This document shows positions 19,286-28,872 of a DNA stretch of 64,000 nt, one piece after another. Under the pieces are notes generated by a model. The model saw only the letters and a list, made by a program, of their open reading frames with translations, made no database searches and was not told where the DNA came from. The stretch comes from Thermoanaerobaculia bacterium (lineage in GTDB: Bacteria > Acidobacteriota > Thermoanaerobaculia > UBA5066), in the NCBI GenBank assembly GCA_038245905.1, contig JBBRRY010000011.1, forward strand, positions 23,589 through 87,588, written 5' to 3'. Each line of letters begins with the position of its first letter. The stretch's first letter is position 1. The position numbers and the translations under genes are program-made.

Positions 19286-20370
19286 CGGAAGAGCTTTTTC
19301 CGGTTCCGGATGTAGTCCCGGAACACGAACGACGCGAGGTCCGTCGGCGAGGCGTAGTACGCCCGGCCGCGCGCGACCTTCGTGAGCGTGTCGACGAAGT
19401 CCACGAGCGCGGGGTCCGTCGCGATCATGAACGTCGTGAGCTGGATGCCGTCGCGGCGGAGCTTTTCGGCCTCCTCGAGCGTGCGGTTCACGATCTTGAG
19501 GTCGAGGCCGAACGGGTTCTTGTAGAGGCGCCCGCCCTCGTGGATGCACGAAGGCTTGCCGTCCGTGATCATGAAGATCTGCCGGTTGCGCGAGCGGCGC
19601 CGCATGAGGAGCTGCCGCGCCACGCCGAGCCCGGCCTTCGTGTTCGTGTGGAACGGCCCGACCTGGGCCTTGCTCAGCTCCTCAAGGGGGACGGGCTTCG
19701 CCTCGTCGCCGAAGAGCACGATGTCGATCGTGTCCTTCGGGTATTTCTGGAGGATGAGCTCCGTGAGGGCGAGGGCGACCTTCTTGGCCGGCGTGAAGCG
19801 ATCCTCGCCGTAGAGGATCATCGAGTGGGAGATGTCGATCGCGATCGCGGTCGCGCAGGCGCTCTGGTGCTCCACGTCGAAGACCTCGAAGTCGGAGGGC
19901 GTGAGCGCGAGATCGTCCGGATCGCGCCGGGCCGCGTTCGCGACGGTCCGCATCCCGTCGAGGCGCGCGATGTCGTCGCCGAACTCGTAAGGGCGCGTTT
20001 CGGGCAGCGTCTCGGCGCCCGTGCCGGCGCGCGGGATGGAGTGAAGTCCCGGGCCAGCCTTCTGGAGCGACGAGAAAATCTCCTCGAGCGCGTTCCGCCG
20101 GATGCGGCGCTCGCCGGAGCCCATGAGCGTCAGGTTGCCGTCGCCGTCGCGGCCCACGATGCCCTGCTTCTCGAGAGCGGCGCGGAACGCGTCGAGGTCG
20201 ATGTTCTTTCCGATTATTCCGCGGCGCTGCAGCTCCTGCATCCACTGCATCGCCTGCTCCACGTCGCCGCCGAGACGCGAGACGAGGTCCAGAAACAGCT
20301 TCAGGAGCTCTTCGTACGTCAGAAGCGACTGGAGGAGGTCGAGGGGCAGCTCGCCGTAGCGGTAGTCCAC
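19282..20370 (-). CDS. VWA domain protein (Rv0959-like partner of Mg-chelatase-like ATPases)
   Basis: ETRPYEFGD, MIDAS motif IDISHSM, HTNT and ITDGKPS. Confidence 0.9.
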   Translation of the reverse strand: MDYRYGELPLDLLQSLLTYEELLKLFLDLVSRLGGDVEQAMQWMQELQRRGIIGKNIDLDAFRAALEKQGIVGRDGDGNLTLMGSGERRIRRNALEEIFSSLQKAGPGLHSIPRAGTGAETLPETRPYEFGDDIARLDGMRTVANAARRDPDDLALTPSDFEVFDVEHQSACATAIAIDISHSMILYGEDRFTPAKKVALALTELILQKYPKDTIDIVLFGDEAKPVPLEELSKAQVGPFHTNTKAGLGVARQLLMRRRSRNRQIFMITDGKPSCIHEGGRLYKNPFGLDLKIVNRTLEEAEKLRRDGIQLTTFMIATDPALVDFVDTLTKVARGRAYYASPTDLASFVFRDYIRNRKKLFR

Positions 20371-20421
20371 GCCGTCATGCTACGGCAGGACGCGCGGTCC
20401 CGGATGCTATCTTCGGCCGCG

Positions 20422-21975
20422 ATGGAGGAGCCGGCCCAGGACGTCCTTTCCCGCATGCGGGGCGACTGGGACCGGCGTGCCGAGGAGGATCACAAGCTCC
20501 ACATCGCGACGGGTCACGCGGGCTCCGAGGAGACGTTCCGGGCGTCGGGCGCGCAGGATCTCGACGCGATCGTTCTCGACGGCATCGTCCTCGACCCGTC
20601 CGCGGAGATCCTCGAGATCGGGTGCGGCGTCGGCCGCCTCCTCGTCCCTCTCGCGGAGCGCGTCGCGGTCGCGCACGGCGTCGACATCTCGTCCGTGATG
20701 ATTGGGAAGTCGAAGGAGTATTTCCGCGGCTCCGCGAACGTGAAGACCGCGCTCACGGACGGCACGTTCTCCCATCTGCCGGACGCCTCCCTCGACTTCG
20801 TCTTCTCTTTCATCGTCTTCCAGCACATCCCCGAGCGCGCGCCCATCCGCCGCTACGTCGAAGAGGCCGCGCGCGTCCTGAAGCCGGGAGGCGTGTTCCG
20901 CTTTCAGGTGGACGGCAGGTGGTGGTGGAAGCACGGGGAAGAAGGCCCCGGCACGTACGACGGCGTGAAGTTCTCGCCGGAGGATGTCTCGGCGCTGCTC
21001 GAAGGAACGCCTTTCGCGGTCGTCGACTCATGGGGGGCCGAGGGTCACTACCACTGGATCACGGCGCGGAAGGCGGGAGAGGGCGCGGCGGTTTCGGTCA
21101 ACCCCCGGGGGTGGGATCTCCCGCTTCTCGAATCACTGCTCCGGCGTCTGCGCTCGTTTCGCCCGAAGAAGGCCGCCGCGACGATCCAGGGCGGCGCCGG
21201 GTCGCTGCGGCCTCATCTGCTCCGGCTCGTGAAACGGCTCTCCAAGGCTGATTCGTCGACGTTCGTCATCGAGGCGTATCGCGCTCTTCTCGGGAGCACG
21301 CTCGACGACGAGGGACGCGCGTTCCACGTCGCGATTCTCGAGAAGGGATTCGAAGACCGCGCGGCGCTCCTCGACACCGTCACGACCGCGCGAGGGTTTC
21401 TGGATCTCTACCGCCCGTTCGTGTCCGATGTCCCGTGGTACGCCGCATGCGAGATCTTCATGCGTCTCGGCGAGTCGCCGCGGACCGGGGAATTCTTCGA
21501 GCTGGTGAAAGCGGTGGCTTCCCGGCTCGAGGGGCTTTCTCCGCGCGCCGCGATTGCCTTCGGCTTCAGGACCATTCTGGGCTTCGAGGCCGACGAGGCG
21601 GCGTACCGCCACCATCTGCCTCTCGTCGCGGAGCATCCCGACGGACACCGGCTTCTCATCCGGAATCTGCTCGCGAGTCGAAAGGACCCGGTTCCTCAGG
21701 CCGCAACAGTCCTGGGCCGTGCGCTGCTGCCGGGAGAATCGACGCCGGGCGAAGCGGCTCTAGCGGTGAAGATCCTGACCGAGGGCCTGGGTGTCACCGA
21801 CGACCGCGCCTTCATCCGCCTTGCCTACGAACGGCTCTTCGGGCGCGCGGCCGACGCCGACGGAGAGGGCTTCTATCTCGGCAAGCTCGAGGAGCGGGAG
21901 CTTTCGCGCGCCGGCGTTCTCAGGGAGCTTCTCTGGAGCGACGAAGGACGCGCGCGACTCGAGCGCCTCGCATAG
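20422..21975 (+). CDS. Class I SAM-dependent methyltransferase with C-terminal DUF4214-like repeats
   Basis: LEIGCGVGRL, GVDIS, VFQHIP and RVLKPGG. Three repeats resembling FIRLAYERLFGRAADADG. Confidence 0.85.
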   Translation: MEEPAQDVLSRMRGDWDRRAEEDHKLHIATGHAGSEETFRASGAQDLDAIVLDGIVLDPSAEILEIGCGVGRLLVPLAERVAVAHGVDISSVMIGKSKEYFRGSANVKTALTDGTFSHLPDASLDFVFSFIVFQHIPERAPIRRYVEEAARVLKPGGVFRFQVDGRWWWKHGEEGPGTYDGVKFSPEDVSALLEGTPFAVVDSWGAEGHYHWITARKAGEGAAVSVNPRGWDLPLLESLLRRLRSFRPKKAAATIQGGAGSLRPHLLRLVKRLSKADSSTFVIEAYRALLGSTLDDEGRAFHVAILEKGFEDRAALLDTVTTARGFLDLYRPFVSDVPWYAACEIFMRLGESPRTGEFFELVKAVASRLEGLSPRAAIAFGFRTILGFEADEAAYRHHLPLVAEHPDGHRLLIRNLLASRKDPVPQAATVLGRALLPGESTPGEAALAVKILTEGLGVTDDRAFIRLAYERLFGRAADADGEGFYLGKLEERELSRAGVLRELLWSDEGRARLERLA

Positions 21976-22028
21976 CGCCGCGACGCCCGTAGAATCGCGA
22001 CGCATGCGCGCTCGCGGCATTTCTTGCG

Positions 22029-22409
22029 ATGGCCCTTCCGCCGGCACTCACTGCCTCGGCGAGACGCATCAAAATCGCGGGGCGTGGCTATCCGCTGGGC
22101 GCGGACGAATCCCTCGTAGGAATTCGCGGAGCCGACTACGTCGCCTCGATTCTGCGCATCCGAAAGGAACTTCCCGCCGACTCTGAATACCTTCTTCTCG
22201 CAGGCACGGACGGCGCCGATGTTTTCGTGCGGTTCGACCTCGCTCCCCGGCGCGCAATCTTCGGTGGGGAACCCAAAGACCTCGCTCACAACGTGACGGC
22301 CGCGAAACTCCCTGGGCTCCCTGAGTGGACGGTGATTCCAAGCCTGGTCGGGCCGGGCCCTCGTCTCGTCCGTACGCGCCTTCTTGCGGAAACGAAAGCG
22401 ATCCCATGA
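22029..22409 (+). CDS. Small GT-associated hypothetical protein (N-terminus possibly frameshifted)
   Basis: Paralogous to the N-terminal part of 30968..31474 (Y...I..IR...P....YLL..VR.DLAPRR). ATGA overlap with the next gene. Confidence 0.6.
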   Translation: MALPPALTASARRIKIAGRGYPLGADESLVGIRGADYVASILRIRKELPADSEYLLLAGTDGADVFVRFDLAPRRAIFGGEPKDLAHNVTAAKLPGLPEWTVIPSLVGPGPRLVRTRLLAETKAIP

Positions 22410-24370
22410 CGGTCGGCGCGCCCTTCGCGGCCGGTCTCGGTGGTGTGTTTCTGTTTCTCGCCGCGGGCCGCGGGCTCGTGGAGCTTCTTCCCGCTCTTCG
22501 GGAGCGTCCCCGCGCGGCGCGGCTCGGCTGGTCGTACCTCCTCGGCGTTGCGGCCGTGGCGGGCTCGACGTACCTTCTCGGAATCGCGTTCGACATTCGA
22601 CTCAGACGCGCCGTACTGCTTGCACCCGTCGTCTGCCTCGTCGCGCTCGGCGTCGCCTCGAGGATTGTTCGGCGTCGAAGTGAAGCCCGCATCCACGCGT
22701 TCCATCCGCCGCGGGCCGGCGTTGTCGCGGCTCGAGTTGCTTTCGTGATTTCCGCGTGGATCGCCGTGGGCCTCTTCACGGAGGCCGTGACGCAGTCGAA
22801 TCTGGGCTTTGACGGCGAGATGACCTGGAGCGTGGTCGCGCGCTGGATCCGCGCCGAACGCAGCGTCACTCCGCGCGTCTTGTCGGATCCGCGCACGTTC
22901 GTATCGCACCCGCGCTATCCGATTCTCATGCCGATCGCGCAGGTAGTCGTGCAGGAGACGTTCGACACGAGCGACGACCGTCGTGCCGTCAAGCCTCTTT
23001 ACGCCGCCTTCTTCCCGGCGCTGCTTCTCGTCCTTTTCGACGTTTCGCGCCGGCATGTCGGAACGTTCGCCGCCGCGCTCACCGTCGTTGCTTTCGCCAC
23101 GGTGCCGGTGCTCGTCCTGTCAGACTTCGGCGGTGCGGATGGCACGTTCTCGGATGTTCCGCTGGGCGCATTTCTAGGCGGCGGATTCCTGCTTCTGCTC
23201 GGGCGCGTGCGCTGGTCGGAGGCAGTCGCTGCTGCGCTACTCCTCGGAAGCGCCGTGCTCACGAAGAACGAGGGGCTGCCCTTCGCCGCCGCCGCGCTCG
23301 TGGCAGTCGTGTTTCAGTCGCTCTTCGAGCGAGCGTACCGGCGTCGAACGCGCCTCGCCGCTCTCGGACTGGCCGCGGCCGCCGTGATCGCCGCGGGCCT
23401 GGCCCTCAGAGTTTGGCAAAGCCACATTCCACAGCGTTGGGACGAGGACTACGTGGGCCGGCTCGGCGAAGTGTCGCTCGCGGCGGAGGCCCGGGCTCGG
23501 CTTCCTCTCGTGCCGGCCGCGATCCTGAAAGAGATGGGGAACCCGGAGCATCTCGCCGGCATCGGCTTCGCCGGCGCGGTCATCCTCCTCGCGGGAGCCG
23601 GCGGCCTTCGAAGGAGAGTCGTTGGCCCGATCGTCCTGTGCGTCTATTTCTGTTTCGGAGCCTACGTTCTCGCGCTCCTCCTGACGACCTGGCCGGGAGT
23701 GGAGCAGGTTCATCCCACGTGGTACCGGTTCTTGATGCAGGTCTCATTGCCCCTCGGAGTTCTGTTGGCGCTCGCCCTTCGAGAGGCATGGCGGGCACGA
23801 CTCGCGTGGATGCGACCCGCGACGACGCCGATGTCGTCGATGCAGATCCGGAACGACCGGATATCCGGATTCGCCCCGCGCGCTGCCCTCGTTTTCCTGG
23901 GCTTCGCGTTGTCCCCCGTATTGCTCGTCCTGCTCCTCGCGCTGCACAAGCACGGCCTGGAAACGTCCTTGGCGTCGCCTGTGGCGGCGCGCGCTGTCGC
24001 CCCCGCTCCGACCGCTTCCCCGTGGAGAGAGGATGCGTCACTGATTGGGGGCGTGGACGAGCCCTCGGAGGGCGCATCCGTTCGAGGCCGCCTTGTCGTT
24101 CGAGGCTGGGCACGCATTCCGGGACAGGATCTCGAGGTCACCGCACTCGTGGACGGAAAAGAGCGGGTCCCTCTGGGGCTCCGCCGCTTTCGGCGACCCG
24201 ACGTTCAAAGAGTCCTTCCCGCGCTTGGTGATTGCGGGTCGGCCGGCTACGAGCTCGCGTATCCCTACTTGGCTGATGACGATGGGCCGCACGATCTTCA
24301 GGTGATCTTCCGAACAACGGATGGAAGGGAGCGACATTACCCAGCGAGAAGATTCGTCTGGAATCCGTGA
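22406..24370 (+). CDS. GT-C-type multi-pass glycosyltransferase A with C-terminal Ig-like domain
   Basis: About 13 TM segments, loop motifs FDGEMTW, SHPRYP, SDVPL and TKNEG. C-terminal GWARIPG..RPDV..GYE domain. Confidence 0.75.
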   Translation: MTVGAPFAAGLGGVFLFLAAGRGLVELLPALRERPRAARLGWSYLLGVAAVAGSTYLLGIAFDIRLRRAVLLAPVVCLVALGVASRIVRRRSEARIHAFHPPRAGVVAARVAFVISAWIAVGLFTEAVTQSNLGFDGEMTWSVVARWIRAERSVTPRVLSDPRTFVSHPRYPILMPIAQVVVQETFDTSDDRRAVKPLYAAFFPALLLVLFDVSRRHVGTFAAALTVVAFATVPVLVLSDFGGADGTFSDVPLGAFLGGGFLLLLGRVRWSEAVAAALLLGSAVLTKNEGLPFAAAALVAVVFQSLFERAYRRRTRLAALGLAAAAVIAAGLALRVWQSHIPQRWDEDYVGRLGEVSLAAEARARLPLVPAAILKEMGNPEHLAGIGFAGAVILLAGAGGLRRRVVGPIVLCVYFCFGAYVLALLLTTWPGVEQVHPTWYRFLMQVSLPLGVLLALALREAWRARLAWMRPATTPMSSMQIRNDRISGFAPRAALVFLGFALSPVLLVLLLALHKHGLETSLASPVAARAVAPAPTASPWREDASLIGGVDEPSEGASVRGRLVVRGWARIPGQDLEVTALVDGKERVPLGLRRFRRPDVQRVLPALGDCGSAGYELAYPYLADDDGPHDLQVIFRTTDGRERHYPARRFVWNP

Positions 24371-24664
24371 GCGGATGATCAGGTTGCTGCGGGTTTACGG
24401 CCCCCTCTTCCAGGTGAACTTCCGCCACGGGTAATGACGCACGCGGTCGCCCGGTCCGCGGAAGACCACGAAAAGCTCGTGCTCGCCCTCGTCGCCGGGC
24501 TGGAAGGCGAAGACCTGTTCGTAGCCGGCGGTCCCGCAATCTCCGAGACTCGGCACGACGGCCTGTACGTCTTCCCGCGGGAATCGCGCCTCGTGGAGCG
24601 GAACGCGCGGCGCCTTGTCGACGAGAACGGTGACCGCGAGATCCTGTCCCGGAATGCGTGCCCA
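24107..24664. repeat. 37-bp inverted repeat, 36/37 identical (24107-24143 and 24628-24664)
   Basis: TGGGCACGCATTCCGGGACAGGATCTCG[A/C]GGTCACCG occurs in the same codon phase in both convergent genes. Confidence 0.9.
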
Positions 24665-26437
24665 TCCGGTCACGGTCAGGTTTCCCGTCACGATGGATTC
24701 CTCAGCCGGCCGGTCGATCGAGCCGGTGAGATCTGCCGATTCTCTGCCGGGCGAACCCAGCGTGTCGTCTCCGATTGGGCTCTTCTCGAATGCCCGTGCT
24801 CCCGGCTCGGTTTTCACCACCGCGTAGAGCATGTCGTCGGGAAGGAAGCGGCGGACGTAGAGCAACCGGCCCGATTCGAGGCCCGCGGCGACGAGCGCCG
24901 CCGCCGTCCCGCGCTGCTCGTCGTTCATGCGCCTCGGCCTCACGGTCACGTACGACACCGGCACGGCTTCGAGAGCGTCGAGCAGATCCTTGGCCTTCCC
25001 CTCCACGAGGAGATCGTGCAGGCTCTGGGCGAGCGGGGTCTGGAAGCCGGAGTAGCCGTTCACGAGCGGCTTCCAATGGTCCGCCGCGCGAAGCACGTGG
25101 AGCGCGTTCGTCTCGTTGAAGGCGTCGGGCAGCTCCCACAGGCCGCCTGCCATCGGCGTTGCGGCGAGGAAACGCGTCATCGGGTCCGGATCCGGCTCCC
25201 CGCGGTTGAGATACAGCGGAGCCACGCGGTCCTCGAACAGGAGCGCGCCCGCGAGACACGCCGCGATTCCGAGGCCGAACACCTTTGAGCGCCGCCGCGA
25301 CCAGGATTCGACGAGTGCCGCTGTCGCCACGGCGGCGAGGAGCGCGAGCCCAAGGTCCGCGACCATCGCCCACCTCACTGGCGCGCGGATCGCGCGAAAC
25401 GGCGGGAGAAGGAAAAGCAGGCGGTGAAACGGTGTCGACATGCCAAAGGACCCGACGAACCCGAGCCCCGCGAAGAGGAGGGCCGTGGTCGCCGATTCGG
25501 AACGATCCCGGAGGAACAGTACGATACCGAGAATCGCAAGCGCGAGGAGGAGGAAGCCGGGGAAGAGGCAGAACTCGCCGCGGGACGGGTTCTCACCCAT
25601 GCCGCGCCAGAGCTTCAAATTGAAGTCAGGTGTCAGCCAGTGGATTGGCGCAGCAGAGTAGAACGCGGCCTCTTCCGGCCCGCGCTGGATGCCATAGAGC
25701 TTTCCGACCTGCTTGTACGGAAGGAAGAACGGCATTAGGAGGAGCGACGCGGCGAAGAGAGCCGCCGCCGCCCGTCCCCACGCCCGGCGAGCCGCTGGTT
25801 CGGTCCTGAGGAAGAGGAGCGCGCCCATCACGGCGGTCGGCACCGAGCCAAGGAGGAACCAGTGGATGCTCGAGACACCGCTCATGAAAAAGGCCGTGCC
25901 GAGCCAGGCCGCGCGCGCCCACGTGCGGCGGCGCGCGAAGAGAACGACGGCCTCGGCGAGAAGCGGCATCCAGCCCGCAAACACGTACGAGAGATGCGGA
26001 ATGTGATGGAACCGGTAGGGCACGAACGCGAACGCGACGCCCGCGACCCACGCGGCCGGTGTCGAACTCGTGAGCGTGCGCGCGAGGCGGAACGCCCCGA
26101 ATCCGCTGAACGCGAATCCGAACAGCATCGCCAAGCCGTGAACCGTCAGGGGCGGAAGGCCCGCGGCGAAGGCCGGAAAGAAGAGGAGCGCGATGCCCCA
26201 CTGGTGCTCGGAGAGCGCGAGCGTGTAGCGATACGGAAAGAAGATGTTCGCGTCGAAGAGATGCAGCGGGTCGTGGAACGTCTGGTGGGCGTCCCACGCG
26301 AGGATGTAGGAATTCAGGTACGAGTCCCCCGGGTCGAACGAGCTGTCGCGGATGTGGGCCGCCCACGGCCAGGTCATGAGGACCGTCAGGAGAACGAAGG
26401 CGGCGAGCACGCCAGCGTCACGCGCGGCACGCTTCAC
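24395..26437 (-). CDS. YfhO-like GT-C glycosyltransferase B with C-terminal Ig-like domain
   Basis: GTGA overlap start. DPGDSYLNSYILAW..FDANIFFP..SEH, IRAPVRW and LVNGYSG motifs; GWARIPG domain. Confidence 0.8.
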   Translation of the reverse strand: MKRAARDAGVLAAFVLLTVLMTWPWAAHIRDSSFDPGDSYLNSYILAWDAHQTFHDPLHLFDANIFFPYRYTLALSEHQWGIALLFFPAFAAGLPPLTVHGLAMLFGFAFSGFGAFRLARTLTSSTPAAWVAGVAFAFVPYRFHHIPHLSYVFAGWMPLLAEAVVLFARRRTWARAAWLGTAFFMSGVSSIHWFLLGSVPTAVMGALLFLRTEPAARRAWGRAAAALFAASLLLMPFFLPYKQVGKLYGIQRGPEEAAFYSAAPIHWLTPDFNLKLWRGMGENPSRGEFCLFPGFLLLALAILGIVLFLRDRSESATTALLFAGLGFVGSFGMSTPFHRLLFLLPPFRAIRAPVRWAMVADLGLALLAAVATAALVESWSRRRSKVFGLGIAACLAGALLFEDRVAPLYLNRGEPDPDPMTRFLAATPMAGGLWELPDAFNETNALHVLRAADHWKPLVNGYSGFQTPLAQSLHDLLVEGKAKDLLDALEAVPVSYVTVRPRRMNDEQRGTAAALVAAGLESGRLLYVRRFLPDDMLYAVVKTEPGARAFEKSPIGDDTLGSPGRESADLTGSIDRPAEESIVTGNLTVTGWARIPGQDLAVTVLVDKAPRVPLHEARFPREDVQAVVPSLGDCGTAGYEQVFAFQPGDEGEHELFVVFRGPGDRVRHYPWRKFTWKRGP

Positions 26438-28821
26438 GGTTTCCAGACGAATCTCCTCGGCGGATAGTGGCGCTGCCTGCCGTCGGGCGCGCGGAACAGC
26501 ACCTGGATCTCGTGGGGCCCTTCGTCGCCGGTCTCGAACCTGTACGTCGCTTCGTAACCCGCGGTGCGGCAGTCGCCGAGCGACGCCACGGCCGCCTGGA
26601 CGTCGAGGCGCGGCACGCGCGATCCGTGCGTGGCGGAACGCTCCTCGCCGTCGATCGTGACTGTGACGTGAAGGTCCTCGCCGGGGATTCGCGCCCAACC
26701 CGAGACCCGCAAGGGACCCGTCAGGACGGCGTCCTCTACCGGCACGTCGATCGAGCCGACCAGCCCCGCGTCCTCGCGATAGAGCGCGTGGGGCGCGAGC
26801 GGGCCGCGGGCCGGGGTCCACGGGAGAGGATCGAGAGCCTTCGCCCCCGGCTCGTTTTTCACGACGGCGTAGAGGTCGTTCTTCATGCGGCCGTCGAAGC
26901 GCCTCACGAAGAGGAGACGCCCCGACCCGAGGCCGCGCGTCAGCCACTCGCGGTGCGGGCCGCGTGACTCGGGAGACAGCCACGAGTCATGCACGAGGAT
27001 GTAGGACGTCGGGATCTTCTCGAGGAAGTCGAGGAAGTCGTCGGGGATCGGCACCTTCCGCTCGTCCTCCTCGATGCGGCTCACGAAGGGAGACGCGAAG
27101 CCCGAGACGGCCGTGACGAGGGGCTTTCGGTGATCCGCGGCGCGAAGCACGGCGCGGTAGTTGCCGTGGGCCTCGGTGCCTGCCGGAAGCTCCACGAGGC
27201 CGCCCTTCATCTCGGTCTTCGCGAGGAAGAGCGTGGCCTCGTCGGGATCGGCCTCGCCTCGGACGAGCTCGAGCGGCGCGGCCCGGTCCTCGAAGAGGAG
27301 GCCGAGGCCGGAGAGGACGAAGACGAGCGCCGCGAGACGCGTCGTTCCCCGCCGGCGCTGCCACGCGTCCGCGAGGGCCTTCGCCCCGACGCCCGCGAGG
27401 ATCGCGAGGCCGAGATACGCGAGCATGGCCCAGCGAGCGGGCGCGCGGATGCTCCGGAAGAGGAACACCGTCTCGAAGAGCACGCGGTGGAACGGAAAGT
27501 TCAGGCCCAGGGATCCGAAAAAGCCGATGACAGCCCAGATGCCGCCGACGAGGATCGCCTCGGGCCGGCGGAGAAGGCGGAGGCTGTCCGGAATGTTCTT
27601 CCCGCGGGTGAACGGGAGCGCCTTCGGATACTGGATCCAGCAGCGGACAAGAAAGGCGAAGGTGAAAAGCGCGAGCGCCCGTGTGGAGTCCGTCGCGCGG
27701 AAGACTTCCTTGCCGCCGAGGCGGATGTGGATGCCGGTCGGACTCGAGGCGAGGAGCGCAATCGTCCCGCCGACGACCGCGAGTCCGTCCAGCCAGGGGA
27801 GCGCCCGGAGGGCGCGCGGCCCGGGGGCCGGCATTTCCTCCGGCGGCGTGGAGAGACCCGGCTCCGCACGCGTCAGGAGCAGGGCCCCGAGCGGCAGGAG
27901 AAAGAGCAGCAGCCCGGGGAACAGGCAGCGCTCGTTCGGCGCGGGCCACTCGGTGAAACCCCGCCACGTCCGGTTCCACGCGTCCATGTTGAGCCAGTCC
28001 TTCGGCAGAGCGGACAGCTCGCGGGTCTCGCCCGTCCCCCGCGAGAAGCCGTAAAGTTTCGCGGCTCTCTGGTAGGGAACAAGGAACGGCAAGAGCGCGA
28101 GGCCGGCGATCCCGAGCGCGAGGGCGCCGCGCTTCAGCCCGGCCCGGTCCCGGACCGCGTCGTTCCGGAACCCGAGCGCGAGGCCGGTGGCCGCGAGCGG
28201 GATCAGCGTCAGGATCAGCCAGTGGATGACCGAGAGGCCGTTCAGGAAGAACGCCGCGCCCAGCCACGCCGCGCGCCGCCGCGTTCTCTCGCGCACGAAG
28301 AGGACGAGCGCCTCGAGGAGGATCGGGATCCAGCCCGAGAAAAGGTACGGAAGGTGCGGCATCTGCCCGAAGCGGTACGGCACGAAGGCATACGCGATTC
28401 CGGAAACCCACGCCGCTCCCGTGGATCCCGTGAGCGTGCGCGTGAGGCGGAACGTTCCGTAACCGGCGAGCGTGAAGCCGAGGAGCGTCGCGAGGCCGTG
28501 CACGGTCAGCGGGCGCGCGCCGAGCGCGAAGAGCGGGAAGAACGGCAGCGCGATGCCGTAGTTGTGCTCCGAGAACGCGAGACCGTACTTCATAGGGAAG
28601 AAGACGTTCCCGTGAAACAGGTTCAAGGGGTCGTGGAACGTCTGGAAGAAATCCCACCAGAGCGTCCAGGAGACGAGATAAGGATCGCCGTTGTCCGAGG
28701 CATGGTCGCGGAGGTGGAGAACCCACGGCCACGTCATGACGGACGTCAGGGCGATGAAGCCGAGAAAAATGAGCGACTCGCGCCCGAACGTGCGCATCCG
28801 GATCCTGATTTCAGGGGGCAC
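26434..28821 (-). CDS. YfhO-like GT-C glycosyltransferase C with C-terminal Ig-like domain
   Basis: DNGDPYLVSWTLWW..GNVFFP..SEH and IRAPARW motifs; clear paralog of B. TATCAT lies 7 nt before the GTG. Confidence 0.8.
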   Translation of the reverse strand: MPPEIRIRMRTFGRESLIFLGFIALTSVMTWPWVLHLRDHASDNGDPYLVSWTLWWDFFQTFHDPLNLFHGNVFFPMKYGLAFSEHNYGIALPFFPLFALGARPLTVHGLATLLGFTLAGYGTFRLTRTLTGSTGAAWVSGIAYAFVPYRFGQMPHLPYLFSGWIPILLEALVLFVRERTRRRAAWLGAAFFLNGLSVIHWLILTLIPLAATGLALGFRNDAVRDRAGLKRGALALGIAGLALLPFLVPYQRAAKLYGFSRGTGETRELSALPKDWLNMDAWNRTWRGFTEWPAPNERCLFPGLLLFLLPLGALLLTRAEPGLSTPPEEMPAPGPRALRALPWLDGLAVVGGTIALLASSPTGIHIRLGGKEVFRATDSTRALALFTFAFLVRCWIQYPKALPFTRGKNIPDSLRLLRRPEAILVGGIWAVIGFFGSLGLNFPFHRVLFETVFLFRSIRAPARWAMLAYLGLAILAGVGAKALADAWQRRRGTTRLAALVFVLSGLGLLFEDRAAPLELVRGEADPDEATLFLAKTEMKGGLVELPAGTEAHGNYRAVLRAADHRKPLVTAVSGFASPFVSRIEEDERKVPIPDDFLDFLEKIPTSYILVHDSWLSPESRGPHREWLTRGLGSGRLLFVRRFDGRMKNDLYAVVKNEPGAKALDPLPWTPARGPLAPHALYREDAGLVGSIDVPVEDAVLTGPLRVSGWARIPGEDLHVTVTIDGEERSATHGSRVPRLDVQAAVASLGDCRTAGYEATYRFETGDEGPHEIQVLFRAPDGRQRHYPPRRFVWKP

Positions 28822-28872
28822 GGACGGGATGATATCGGCGCGGAGCGGAATGCGTATGCTCTCCGTGCCCTC

